A stretch of DNA of 63,987 bases, filler included, from Reticulomyxa filosa (GCA_000512085.1; 17 parts of 17 records of this genome joined end to end with filler, not necessarily neighbours in it); one strand, 5' to 3'. Shown: positions 1-13,251, numbered from the whole stretch's first letter. The notes: generated by a model not told the origin, from the letters alone. Translations and numbers: made by a program.

Positions 1-1954
1 CTAATAGATAATGGCATTGCTGGAAGTCCTAACAATACATTGGCTCATAAGACGCCGAGTGTAGATAGGACTTCGTTTTCGTTCAAGCTAATGGTGATAG
101 TAGTCCATGTGGAACCATACAGGACGCAATTTTTATTATTACAATCAATGAGGGCATCGACTTGCGCAATCCTTAACTCGCCCTGGTATTATGATTGCAC
201 TATTTGCGCCAATATGCTATGCACGAGGCTTTATGTATTGACAATGTGTAGTAGTAGAAGCACAGCCTCCCACAATGGCCCACACATAGTGGATAATACA
301 AGGTGGATGTACACTACGACGACAGCAACTTAAGCCAAAATGAACAAATAACCTCCACAATTTCGACACGACAAATGGACATTCAAGGCAATCTATTTTA
401 TGCAAGTATATATTATATTATGTATATGTGTAGCTTTAAGTTACAAGTGATTTTTTTTGTTAATAATGTTACATTTATTTAAATATATACGTATTTAAAT
501 AATAAACATATACATATTTTTTTTTATAGGCAATGAACAGATTCAAATAAAAAAGAAAAAGCGTTGTAGAAGAAAATCCTGTATCCGAAAGGATTGAACA
601 AGGTTTGTTTCTTTTTTTTAAAAAAAAAATGTTCAAAGGTTGTGTATTTGTGTAATAATAGTTACCAGTCAATGTTGTTATGTTTATTAATCCCCCTTCA
701 CACACACAAAAATGGGGTTGAAGGCCACCCCGTTTGCGAGATTAGGGCTAGAGGTATGCTATATATATATTTCGTTTATTATATAATGTAAATGTGTGTA
801 TGTGTGATAATAGGAATTCCCCCGCACAAAGAAAAAAGTATTTATTTTTTTTGCCCCCTCACAATATATAAACCAATAAAAAAAAAGTTTGAGTGTTTTT
901 ATATAGGAAAAAAAGTGATGATGTCCAGTCCCAATTGGTATATATATTTTTTGTTGTTTTTTAAAAAATAAAAAAATTTGATTGTGTGTAAATAGATGCA
1001 CCTGAACGCAGAAAGATCCAGATTCAAAGACGCTATTTTAAAAATTGTGAAATGGATATATGGAAAAAAAAAGAAAATAATAAATAAAAAGGGGGGATAA
1101 ACAGTGGGGAAAAGGGGGGATAAAACAGTGGGGGAAAAAAAGGTGAAAAAGAAGAATGATAATAATTGATAAAAAGATATGGAAAAAAAAATAATGTACA
1201 AAAAGGGAGGGAACAAAAACGGAAAAATAAAGGATATAAGGGGGGAAAAAAAAGAACAAAAGAAATTAGAAAAAAAATGAAAGAAATAAAAAAGATAAAT
1301 TATAATTATTATTTTTTATGAGTTGGATAATAGTTAAGTTAAAAAAATATGTTCTTTTTTTTGTATTTGACTTGTTTAAAATAATAAATATAGACAGCGA
1401 CGATGACAACAAAAAAGTTCCAATATTAAAAAATATCTCACATTCACTTCTATCACTTTCAATAATATCCTTGTGCGTTCCTCTATTTTTTTTTGCAACA
1501 CTAAAATGAGTGTTTTTTTAATTATAGGTGGCAAGGGAAAACGAAAGTATGTGGTCGCATGTGAAAAAATAAAAAGAAGAAAATGGATGCAGTACAAGAG
1601 ACGAGATTATCGTCAATTGGTATTTGTGGATAGAATGTTATAGCTGTCCCGAAGCAACACGTATTGATTACATAATTTTACATTTCATTTTAATTCAAAG
1701 AAATTTTAAAAAAAACAAAAAAAAAGATTGTTATTAAATAAATGTGTTTGAGATATAGACTTGGAGCCGAAGTACGTGTGTTTAGTGTATTGTCCAATCG
1801 ATGCATATCCGGAGAAAACTTGTGTCTACATGGAGGAAAGGACACGACTGATGTTGTACAGTACAGTGGAGTCTCGATATTATGAAAATTGACGACTGGT
1901 TCAAAGAAGGCCCATTTGTGTTAGCTCGTGTCCGAATTTCCATGAAATGCTGAA
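1..1954 (+). pseudogene. Decayed multi-exon gene of unknown identity
   Basis: Higher-GC blocks (about 1-405, 530-602, 1528-1660, 1758-1954) are flanked by ...tatag| and |gt... sites and AT-rich intron-like spacers, but no frame stays open. No family recognised. Confidence 0.3.
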
Positions 1955-2054
1955 NNNNNNNNNNNNNNNNNNNNNNNNNNNNNNNNNNNNNNNNNNNNTT
2001 AATTAATTAANNNNNNNNNNNNNNNNNNNNNNNNNNNNNNNNNNNNNNNNNNNN
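1955..2054. other. Artificial contig-joining spacer (44 N + TTAATTAATTAA + 44 N), first of 16 copies
   Basis: The same 100-nt block recurs at 4246, 5481, 7515, 21988, 27253, 28684, 37326, 38507, 42023, 44895, 50535, 52710, 60084, 61498 and 62859. TTAATTAATTAA puts stops in all six frames. Confidence 0.98.
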
Positions 2055-2214
2055 TGCAATTGATATTAAAATTTTGGGATCCATTTAATGCATGCAAACT
2101 TATGTCACTTTGCTTTTGCTTTCTATCACAAAAATATCAAGGATAATAAAAGATTTATATTGAAAGGACAATTGTAGGTATCAAAAACAATAGTTATTAC
2201 ACGATTGCACACTT

Positions 2215-3996
2215 TTGACACTCTTTGCATGTGCTCAGTTCCTGAGCATGTGATTTGAATTGTTCAAGTTCATTTCTACATGATTGTAATTCTTCTTGCA
2301 AGCGTTTTACTTGCTCTTCCAATTCTGTAATTCTAGCATTCTTTGGATCTCTAAACTTTGATGCCTTGTTTTTGATATTCTTAGCTCAATTTGTAAACCG
2401 CAGAATGCTTAAATTTTCTGAAGTTACATAAAGCTGGAATAATGTTGGCAATAATCTATTGAAACGTAAGATAAAAACTCATGTTATTTGTTGTTAAGTT
2501 GTTATATTTTTGGTTTGCTTATTTAATTATTAAAAGAAAGCTCAAAAATTATTTATGCGTACAGTAGTCATTGAGTCCCTCCCAAAATACCTTGCAATAA
2601 TCTATTTACAATATAATTTTGTGTATTCCAATACTTTCGCTTTTTTGTGTTTGGGCGTTTTTTTCTGTCGTTACAAAAAAGTTCTTTTTTTAAAAAAGGG
2701 CATTGCACTTTTTTTTAATCTTGTAAGTTTGGAATTTCGATAAGAAACAAAGTCTCTTTTTTCCACTAATGCCTTAAGAGCCATTCCCAAAGAGGTCAAT
2801 GATAAATTGATACTTGTCCCTTCTTTCAACCTTTTGTTTCTGAGTTCGTCGTTGGCTGCGTTGACAACACCTGCTCGCTCATTGCAGGCAGATCAATTAA
2901 ATAAAATGTAGACACTTGCTCAGAAAAGTCAACAGTGTCTTCACAGTCTAGTTGATGAATGTGAATCACTAGTATACTGTGAGAACATGAGCTCTGCTCA
3001 TTCATTGCTGTTGATCCAACAACCATTCTGGATTGGCCCAATTTAATCAATGTTTGTAAATCTTCCATTGTGTGAATTGGCTCGATTGTCATATTTTCTA
3101 CGTAGACCCTCCTTCAAAAAAAGAAAATCATTTTTGCTTTTGATTGTTTTTTGTTAATAAACCCCCTTTTTCTTTAAAGAAAGAAGTTCAATTGAACTTT
3201 TTTATTATCCTCTGTATTTTAAGTTGTTTCGAGCAACATTGTCGGGCTTTAACAAATCTTTTAATTTTTATTGTAAATTTCCAAAAACGTTAAAGATAGC
3301 GCGCATTTCTTTTTATCTTTGTTTGCGGAAATGTGTTCGTAAATATATTGAACACTTTGAAATATAACACCTATAGATTGTTTATCTCAGTACATGGTGT
3401 AACTGTTGAGTTTTGAAAGATGTACACATAATTTTTCATTTTTAAATATAAGTCTAAAGACAATACGTGTTTTTATTATCAATGATTGCTTTTCCATTAT
3501 CAGTTCGTTGTGTATTACATACGTTTTTTCCTGATCCTGTTTGTTCGTAAACAAAAACACATCCGTTGTATCCTTGTAAACTCTTTTCAACAATAGATTT
3601 TGGTCCACTTTCGAAAACTTCCGATTGTTCATTTTTATTGGTTAACACACAATCGAAAGTAAATTGTTTGACTTGTTGCTGGATTTTTGGGTCTCCCTTT
3701 CCAAAATATATTCAATAATTATTTTGATATTATCATCTTGAAATGTAATTGAGGCTTCAAGAAATAGCAGAGAAACACTAAACATGAGCAACAACAGAAT
3801 CCTTGTCTTTAAACTCGATGCAAACTTGGGACTTAAGTCCCAATTCACGAATTACCAGTGGCCTTACTTGTATGATCACTCTCACATTGCTTTCTTGTGT
3901 ACCAAATGATAGCGAAGGCGCGACCTCTTCACGATGTCCTTCAGTGTTCTGATTTGTTGCCGAACTTTTTACATTCACTTTTGTTGCATTAAACAT
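2215..3996 (-). pseudogene. N-terminal-motor kinesin pseudogene (kinesin-3-like neck)
   Basis: Motifs in the expected order: NVRVIIQVRPL, FTFDCV, GYNGCVFVYEQTGSGK (P-loop, G>E), MNEQSSCSHSIL (switch I), LIDLPAMSE (switch II, degenerate), [35 protein letters not shown]...DPKNARITELEEQVKRLQEEL. Contains frameshifts and an in-frame stop. Confidence 0.92.
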
Positions 3997-4345
3997 GTTA
4001 ACATATGACTCTTGTATTATTTTTGCTGTCTTAAATATGCAACTTTTTTACAACATGTGATGTATTACGAGCAACTTGGCACTATTTTTTTGTTTATGCT
4101 AATAAAAAAAGAAGCAATTAAACGAAAGTACGAAGTTATTGATTTTTTTAATTAAATGGAAAATTACGATATGTCAATCTGTGCAAATGTTTTGTGTAAC
4201 ACAAAAAAAATTTATTTTAAAAAAACTATTCGAAGAATGCAGTATNNNNNNNNNNNNNNNNNNNNNNNNNNNNNNNNNNNNNNNNNNNNTTAATTAATTA
4301 ANNNNNNNNNNNNNNNNNNNNNNNNNNNNNNNNNNNNNNNNNNNN

Positions 4346-5480
4346 AATGTTTTTTGCAACTGGTTTATTTTCTTGTCTGTCCTTCAGTTCGTTCATGTGC
4401 ATGTTCGAAGGACCTTCACACAAGCTTACAACAACATCTGTTACAATCTTGCTCGACGCAATGTCCACTGGTCTCGTGCTTTCTATTCTCACATTGTCCG
4501 CTTTTGGCTTGTATTCTCCTTGTGGCTCATGTGTCATTTGCTGCATTTGGTACGCCTGCGGTGCAATCGTCTTCTCCATGCAAAATTGCTTTCAATTTCA
4601 AGTCCAACCCTCAAAAAAAAAAAAAAAAGCATGCAAATAAAAAGCTGCGCGTACGTATACGCACACGTCGGAGGAAATTAGAAAGGAAAAGGAGAAAACA
4701 GACCATAGGCAAAGAGTGAATATGTTAAATATAATTTGCAATCGGTGTGACATCTTTCAATAAGTCAACGCGAACATTCGGATTGGGCGACAAGTTGGAC
4801 TTGACAATCGGACTACAATTGGGCTGGTAATAGCATTGGCTGTCTCTGATGTGATCAACCTGCGAATACACATGGAAGGCATTGAACGACGGACTAAAAG
4901 AGTGAGCATGACTTGGGGTGATAATCCCATGTTTGTTGGTAGCGCCCGACTGAATTGGTCTTTGAAAATACCCAGTCGCATTGAAACAATTGGAAGAACT
5001 TTGCACGTATTGCAATTGGCGATATCAATAATGATAGGTTGCGTCGGTTTGATTGATCATGCAATTGACAATAGTGTTATTGCCGTTGTCACTTAAACCC
5101 ATGTATCCATATATGCTGCAATGCATACTCTTCGAATAATGAACAGACGGATCGATTCCAGGGCCATTCGTGAAATTGGCCATTGATGTCGGAGATACCA
5201 TGCTCGTCTTTGATCCCGTTCCTATATGATACTGGGGATCGACGTGAAGGGTCGTTGCATTCCCTATTGTTGTATCGAATGATGGCTGACGCAACCCATT
5301 CACAAAATATGACTCTCTTTGTGGGATGTTATGCTTAAAATTACTGTCACTACTCCATTGTCGCTGATGCGGATTACAGACCATCTCGTTCCCATTATTG
5401 TTCTTTTTCATCGCATCCACAAACGGGTCATCCAATTTGCCAACATATGACAAAGATGACACGGGACAATGATTAACCAT
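4346..5480 (-). CDS. Internal fragment of a low-complexity Asn/Ser/Gln-rich protein, interrupted by one in-frame TGA (possible pseudogene)
   Basis: ORFs 5025-5480 and 4725-5015 are in the same frame, separated by TGA plus 3 codons. A further exon lies at about 4346-4600. No domain recognised. Confidence 0.45.
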
Positions 5481-6050
5481 NNNNNNNNNNNNNNNNNNNN
5501 NNNNNNNNNNNNNNNNNNNNNNNNTTAATTAATTAANNNNNNNNNNNNNNNNNNNNNNNNNNNNNNNNNNNNNNNNNNNNTTAGTTGGCATGCAAGCTCT
5601 TATCGGCTTGTATACTGTTTGACATTACCAAAAGGTAGAATAAATACAAGACTTGCTGTTGTCCGCAAAGCAAAAAAAAAAACAAACTATCTCCTCCTAA
5701 ACAGTACTGATCGTAAAAAGTTTCCTTCTATCAATTCAACTGATACAATCCAAAACAAACCACTTGATCATTGTTCTCAAAAATTTCCCACATTTGAAAA
5801 AAAAGAATCATAGCACAATCTTATATATTTTTGTTGAAGAGATTTTCACATTGAGATAAACATAAAATTATATTTAATTTAATTTTCATTAGAATATTTC
5901 TTGTTATTCAACGCAAGTAATTGTAATTATCTTTTACAAGCAATAAACGTGATAGTCAAAACTTTTTTTGCAAACAAACAACTTACCGGCTGTCTCACAA
6001 ACGTCAAGTTCGCGTTTTGGGGGTTTTTTAACGTAAGATTAGCATAAAAA

Positions 6051-7417
6051 ATGTCAGTGGTGGCCGAGCAAAGCCTGAACAACACAAATACAATTCCCTC
6101 CCAAAATTTATTGATGCAACGTTATGCACTTTCTCGTTGGCATGATCCAAACAATACGGATAATCAGACGAACATTCACAGAGGAGGATCTTACAGATCC
6201 AATAGTCATGGATTAGACGTACATGGAAAATCTCATCCTATTAAGCATCCCACACGAACACCAGTAGAACAATTAACAAATAATATAAATGGTTTATTCC
6301 GCGCAGGCAAGAATGGATTGGAGGTGGAAGAAGAGAAGTCGATTGGCTCATCTCAAGAACATATGTATGGAGAACCACTTGTTAGCAAGCCAAATCACAT
6401 TCCGATGAATGAACCTAGTTGAGAACATGGAATTTGTTCAAAAAAGTATATCTCAATGGATATATTTGAGGAGAGGGAAAAAAAGATATCATTAATTTGT
6501 TATTGGATAGGCCGAAACAGTGATGCAGAAACCTATTCGTCGGAAGGTTCGAGTCCTAAACCGCCGCATTCAAGAGAAAATACCCGAGCTGCGCCAATAG
6601 TTACTATAAATCCAAACCAAACTTCACCCACACGAACAATGGATGTATTTCAAGACATTGGTGAGCGAAACAGTTCGATTGCATCCGTTTTTAATTTATC
6701 TATGTTTGAAAATATTATTAAAACATGAGTAGTGCCCACTTTTTTTTTACGTAAAGATATATGCGTGTCTCCAAAAGCAAACAAAAAAAAAAAAAAAGAG
6801 GGTCTTTTTTTGTTTTGTAACTGGGACAGTGTCAGCACGTGGACATCAGTTGACAAAAAGCAAGAGTAGTATTGGGATACCCGTAGTGGTAGACGCGTAT
6901 CGGAATAACACTTTTTTGCCAGGACCTTCGAAAGGGATTGGGAGTGGAGTTGGGATTTACACTAGCAACAGTTCGAATGAACCGACGGGAATTATTCCCA
7001 CTTCTCGAAACGTGACTAGTACCAACGGGGTAAATAAAAGCAGTGGAGATATTCTAGGTGGCAAACGAAGAGAGCCAAGCTCAAAGAATTTGGATCGATG
7101 GATGGTAGAGAATAGCACAATGTCACGAAGTGTCTCGAGCATTGGCTCGAGTACAGCACTCGCGATGGAACGAGTGGGAGATGGATGGGGCCACACGCAA
7201 GGCACCGTGCCGGGGAAGCTCAAACGCCATCGCAGCAGCATATCCACTGGATCAGGACTGGCGTCGTTGAATCGTCGCATGTCAAGGGAAGTGGAGCAGG
7301 CACTGACGAAAGGAGATCTCCAAAGCCTTACGGATGCCTATTTAGGACAGGAGTTTACAAAGATCCAAACAAGACTGCAGCAACGACAAGGCAGCTTGAA
7401 CATGGGAGAGCACAAAA
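6051..7417 (+). CDS. Hypothetical Ser/Gly-rich, probably disordered protein, 5' part (at least 3 exons)
   Basis: ATG at 6051 follows an AT-rich leader. Coding-like ORFs 6051-6422, about 6511-6700 and 6829-7417 are separated by short intron-like segments. A gtaag donor lies near 7418, then a (GT)n run and the contig end. Confidence 0.6.
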
Positions 7418-8967
7418 GTAAGCATCAAAAATGAGAAAGGGAAAACAAATCAGTACTTATGTCATATACACATAATACATATATATGTATATGTATATAT
7501 GTGTGTGTGTGTGTNNNNNNNNNNNNNNNNNNNNNNNNNNNNNNNNNNNNNNNNNNNNTTAATTAATTAANNNNNNNNNNNNNNNNNNNNNNNNNNNNNN
7601 NNNNNNNNNNNNNNTTTTTTATCTTAATGTATTTATTGATATTGCAAACAATTTTTACATTTTTGTTTGTATGCCAAAAAAAGCATACTGAAAAATCTAC
7701 TTTACAAATTGTTTTATTGGAAAATGTTATCTACGTTTTTTTGATCAAACAATTTCAAGAAATTATTTCAAATTTTCATTATTCTGGTAAAAATATTTTT
7801 TTCAAAAAAAAAGAAGTGCAATGAATGTAAAATGAAAATGGATATATTTAATCTTTTATATAGAATGTCATTACAATAAATAAATAAAAATAATTGAATG
7901 CACTTGACTATTGCAACAATTCGCGATATTTTCATGTGATAAATTCAGTAACATAATGTAATTATATGTACTGATTTTATCACATGTATTACACTTCTTA
8001 TAATAAAATACACAGTATTTACGATTGAAAAATTTATCAGTTTCGCTAACGAAATTATGTTAAAAATTTATTTTTTCACACTTGTCATTGAAAAAGTATG
8101 AGCAAAAGTTGTTAAAATTACTTTCGTTGGTGTTCAGAAAACAACAATTGTCCACAAATGAAAAGATTAATCTTTTCTTTTGTGGACAATTTTCATTTCT
8201 ATATATAGAAAAAAAAAATTAGAATTATCACATGTAAAAGTGATGGAAATTAGTCTGTTTAATCATTGTCATTTTCTTGCTACACTCGAGAAATATAGTT
8301 TTTACTTATGTTGAAAATTTGATTCTTAAGATATTTAATAAACTTGGCAAAAAATATGTAGGTTGGATTTATTAGAAATGATCACATATTAGAGTCTTCA
8401 AAGCACGATAATCATAGTGAAATTTCTGTTGCAGTTAATCCCTTATCCAAACGTAACCTTGGTTTCTTTTAGAATTATTGCAAACTTTTCAAAAACTTAA
8501 GGTATCAATTGATAGAGGGGCAATACACGCCGGCACAGCAGTCACCTTTACATAAAGCTGGAATCGGTTTTACAGTTTTTTTTATAGCAACCATAGGATA
8601 TATGAATGTCCAAATTCAAATCTTCCAAGATATTTTCTTGTGTTGCCAGTATTTATATTTTACAGCTGAAAATTTACTAACTCAAATTGAAAATTGCATA
8701 AAGACGATCTTTTTTACATATTTATGACTATTGCTTGTCTTACCAACAAAAAAACAAAAACTTTTGTTTAACAATCAGGCTAAAACCCTGGTCTCTTTTT
8801 TTGGCGGTGGATCTTTTGTCATTCGATCGCAATGTTTCAAAAGGTAAAAAATGTGGTCATTACGTTGTATTGATGGAAAACTTGTGGGACACAACCTAAA
8901 GAAATTTTTAAAAATCTTTTGACGACGTTCTCCAAAAAAGATTTGTTCGATGTTAATGCGACAATAG

Positions 8968-11900
8968 ACCTTACGTCCCTCCTCTGTCAAGAAATCACGA
9001 AAAGAAGGTTATCTAAGGAAATGTGTCCAAAGTGAGATCCATACTCGTTATGACAAGCACTACTTTGTGCTAACAAACAATGAATTGACAAGTTACAAAA
9101 AAAAGAAAAGTCGAGAAGTAATCGACGAGATATGTTTGCCATGTGCAATTCATGTTCACGACGTGAACAACAAAAAATATGTATTTGAGTTATCATCGTC
9201 AACCAAAAAAATTACATTGGCAGCTGATTCAAAAGAGGAGGTTCATTATACTTTCTTTTTTTTTTTTTTGTCACTTCTTTCCGCTTTGAATAAAATGTTT
9301 TTCCATTCAAATGAATACAATTGAGTGGATTGAATGTGATTAGATGAGCGAATGGGTCAAGATGATCAACGAAATATCGCTCAAAAAAAACTCTTGGAAT
9401 GAGCAAAAGATTGACGAGAAGCAAGATGAAAAAATGAGAGAATTGAAACCAACCAAAAATTCATTCAAAGAAGAAGGTGATAGCAATGAAGAGGAAAGAG
9501 GCACAAAGAATACAATTGAAATTAGACTGAAGCGAATGTTATCGAATGGTACTGACTCTTTTGGAATCCAAAAGCCCTTGTCAAGCTGGAGGAGCTCACT
9601 TTCATTGCGCGGTTTGACAAGTGCCACATGTGGCGAGCTACCCAAATCAATTAATTCTTTATTATCTTTTGAATATGCTGATTCTATGGAGACACTGACA
9701 GCGGGTCGAGCATTGGCTATGCACAATGTTTGAATAACAACAAACATATCTTTTTTTCCTCCATTATAATCAGTTAGTGCTTTATATATTTATATGTATA
9801 TATAAAGAAATCGAATTTGTTAATGATTGGATGCAAGTGCAACGGAAAGAGTGAGAGCAATCCAACAAAAAATCAATGTGGTGATACGTTGCAAACGTTT
9901 GAATGGAAAACATTTCAAAAAAAGTTTGTAAGCATTAATTCTTTGCCAATTTCCAATCGAGTCATTTGTTTGGATTGGCAAGACAACCTGCTTCTTGTCG
10001 GCACCAATCGCGATCAAGTCTTGTGCTATACGACCCCTGCTCAAAGCAAGCATGCCATTTTTGACAATGCCAATGCTCCCATCTCCTTCACTTACACACC
10101 ACAAGTTTTGTATTTTTTCTTACATATACACTATTTTTTTACTGCAAAAGGCACTAATGTCATTTTTTTTTAAAAAAAAAAGAGGCTGATAAGCAATCCA
10201 TCAGGAAGAGTATGGACACAATCGTCAAGAGTAAACAAGGTCAAATTACAAAGAATTGCCAATGCAGACTCATTTTTGACGATTCAAAATGACTACTTTT
10301 ATTTGTGGAGTATTGAATCGCCACAAGCGCCGCTCAATTTCCAAAGAGTTTGTGTGTCTTGTGTTTTGTATATCTTTGAAGAAACAGATAAGTGACAAAA
10401 AAAAGTTTGTTTATGCGTTCAGGCCAGTACAGCGCCACTTTATGGGTTGGAATGGCAGCCCAAACATTCACATGTGTTCGTGGTGGGAGGAGCGAGTGGC
10501 AGCTTGAAAATTGTAGATCTGAGAGATTTGTCGCGTCAATCGTCTAAAACAGCGGTGCGTTTTGTTTCTTTGTGTTTGAACTCGACAGGAATATGTACAT
10601 ATAAATATTTGAAAAGCCACGAGTGTTTCAAAATGCGCACAGCGACGTTATCCGAGATATCGCGTGGAACCCATTCGTGGAATATTGGATTGCGACATGT
10701 GGTGACGACGCGTGCGTCAAAATTTGGGACACTCGATATGCGTATGCTCCTGTTCGAGTATTGCGTGAGCACACCAATTCCATTCACACAGTTTTTTATT
10801 GTTGTCACTTTGGAGTGGCTCTTTTCTACATATACGCACACACACACTGCAATACGCTGGTGTTGTCTCTTTGACAAGCTTGGTTATTACATAGTTGTCG
10901 ATTATTGCTGTTTTTTAAAAAGGTTGGATGGTCGAAATCCCACGCTGAAATGCTCGTATCCGGTGGCACGGATTGTACATTGATGCTGTGGAACTTGAGA
11001 GTCGATCCTCATTTTTTGTTGTACTCACAGCCAGTTGCTGGATCAGTGATTGGCTGCGAGTTCAGTGGGGTCCGTCCCTTCCAGTATTTTGGCTTATCTA
11101 ATCAAGGCGATTTGTGTGCTGTTCAGCTTCACGATGAGTTTATTGAACCCTTTGTCCCACACAAGTCTAATCCATCCGAAATGGTTTGTCTTTGACATTT
11201 ACTTATTTTTACTTCTTTCCTTCTTTGTATCCCCTTGTGCATGCACAATTCGATTCCTTCAATCCAATGAAACAAAAACAAATACAGGAAAAAAGGGGCA
11301 TTGAAAAATACATGTACTTACGAAACATGAAAGAGATGCACGCCAACATACAAAAAGTCGCACAAAGGCATTGGGACAATCAAGATTTTGGTATAACCAT
11401 TGTGCATGTATTTTCTGATTTTGACATCTATGTATATGTATTATATGTATACATATACGTAGTGCATACATATAAGTGGATATATTTGTATGTCTGCGTA
11501 AAAGACAAAGCGCAAGACGTGGTGGCAATGGGATCAATCTTGGCATTCAAACAAAGCGAGAAAAAAAAAATGCGTTATTTGAAGAGACATTGAAAAATTG
11601 CAGCTATCATATTCCAAATGATTGCACTGTGACAAATGAGCCGGACAAAAGTGATTTGGAGGAAATCGAAGTAATCAAAATGCGACTGTTTGTAAACAAA
11701 CTATTGAAAAATAAGGATGGCAAGAATTTGATTGTAATGCAACCGAAAATTTTCGAACACTTGCAAAAAAGATTCGATTGTTTTTCTGCCGATACTCTGA
11801 GACATGCAATTGCCTTGTTGAAGTCAACCGGCAATGAATTGGTTGCATTGCAATGGGCCATTCAATTAAATCCAATGTTTTCCCGGCCCAATGGTAACTA

Positions 11901-12329
11901 CAAATTATTTGTACCCATTGCAAAGTTGCTATTGCGTCCAACTATTTACGATTCTCGGACACACATTGAGGCAATTGATAAGACCCATTCCAATGAATCT
12001 ACTGTTAAAAGTATAGAATCATTACTCCCCATCCATAGACGTGCACAAGTTGAGTTGTTTTTTTTTTTCTCGTTATCATTTATGCATTTCTTGTTCATTC
12101 ATATTCAATATCATGAATATATTAAAAAAATTGAAAGACAATGTTAGAAAAAGAATTTCAAAATCCAATGGTGGTCGAAGAAGAGTTAAAAATATTGTAT
12201 CATTTGCAACAAGCAGCAGAATGCAAAACAAATCCATTTTTTAAAATGGTGGAGGCAATGGAAAAAATTGAGCTTGAGCAATTTGAATTGGCAAAACAAA
12301 ACTCTATACTTTCAGCTTCACATTCGCCT

Positions 12330-12361
<32 letters not shown>

Positions 12362-13251
12362 AACAACAACATGCAACGTTCCAAAATCACGTGTCACGAT
12401 TTTCACAGATGTGCAAGAGCGGGAAAAGTTTTACACCAATTCCACGCAAAATGCTCGTGCCAATCTAAGTCCTAACTATTTTACTGACACAACGCACATG
12501 ACTGTTCCTGGCAAACCTGTGGCAAATGTAAACAACTGCGAACTGCAACCAAAAAGTGCTCCTTTCTTGTTGTCTTTTACACAAAAAATATATCAAATGT
12601 ACTTAGAAGCATTACTGCAAACCGGACATATCGCCAAGTTTTTTATCATTGCCATTAAACTAATGAATAAGTTACAAGGATTTGATTTTGCCAATCTTAT
12701 CCATGAATGGATTACTACCACTGCATTCCATCAACTTCTTTTATATTTAGACAACTCGCTCAAGGGCACTTACAAAAAACCGGCTCCAAGTTACTACACA
12801 CTTTTGCATGTGCATAATTTTTTTTTTTTTTTTGTGTTTTCAAATGCTTGATGCCTTTGTATGTGTACATCAAATAGCAAACGAATCAAAACAGAACGAA
12901 AAAAGCAAACCAAAAGAAGGAGAAAAAAATAAAGAAGAAGAAATGATAAAAGCTCAAATGGAGGCTGTGCTTGCTCTCATTGAATTGTGCACTAGTTTAA
13001 CAGACATGCCTGTATTCTTGCAAAATGTAATGCCCAAGTATCTCAAAGATTTCAAAAAAGAATTAAAATTTTCGTTTAATGCTTTGGTCAATCGAGGTAA
13101 TAAAAGTTTGGTGAAAGAGTATATTACTCATCTTATCGAAAAAATTACCACAATGAATTGGAACAAATTACTTCCTGTGCCCTACTTTCATGCTGACATT
13201 GATCAATTGTGTAAAGAATTACAACAAATGCAGCTCATCCTCAGTGAATAA
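8968..13251 (+). CDS. PH domain + WD40 propeller + alpha-helical C-terminal region, multi-exon; true start probably upstream
   Basis: PH: KEGYLRKC...KHYFVLTNNELTSYK...FELSSSTKKITLAADSKEE|MSEWVKMI. WD40: AHSDVIRDIAWNPFVEYWIATCGDDACVKIWDTR and EHTNSIHT|VGWSKSHAEMLVSGGTDCTLMLWNLR. GT-AG introns join the exons that were checked. Stop at 13251. Confidence 0.8.
12330..12372 (+). repeat. (ACA)n microsatellite encoding poly-Thr
   Basis: acaacaaca... gives PTTTTTTTTTTITTT within ORF 12141-12851. Confidence 0.9.

Noticed and set aside
899-1259. Phe-rich hydrophobic ORFs resembling membrane proteins
   Set aside because: Translation of the complement of an A/G low-complexity tract.
1999-2010. TTAATTAATTAA recurring 16 times between N runs, as a possible biological repeat or CRISPR-like array
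   Set aside because: Fixed-length N padding and six-frame stops mark it as a synthetic contig linker. ORFs containing X that cross it are artefacts.
6546-6557. GGTTCGAGTCC, a tRNA T-loop/B-box-like motif
   Set aside because: No full T-stem, acceptor stem or D-arm. It lies in a coding exon (EGSSP).
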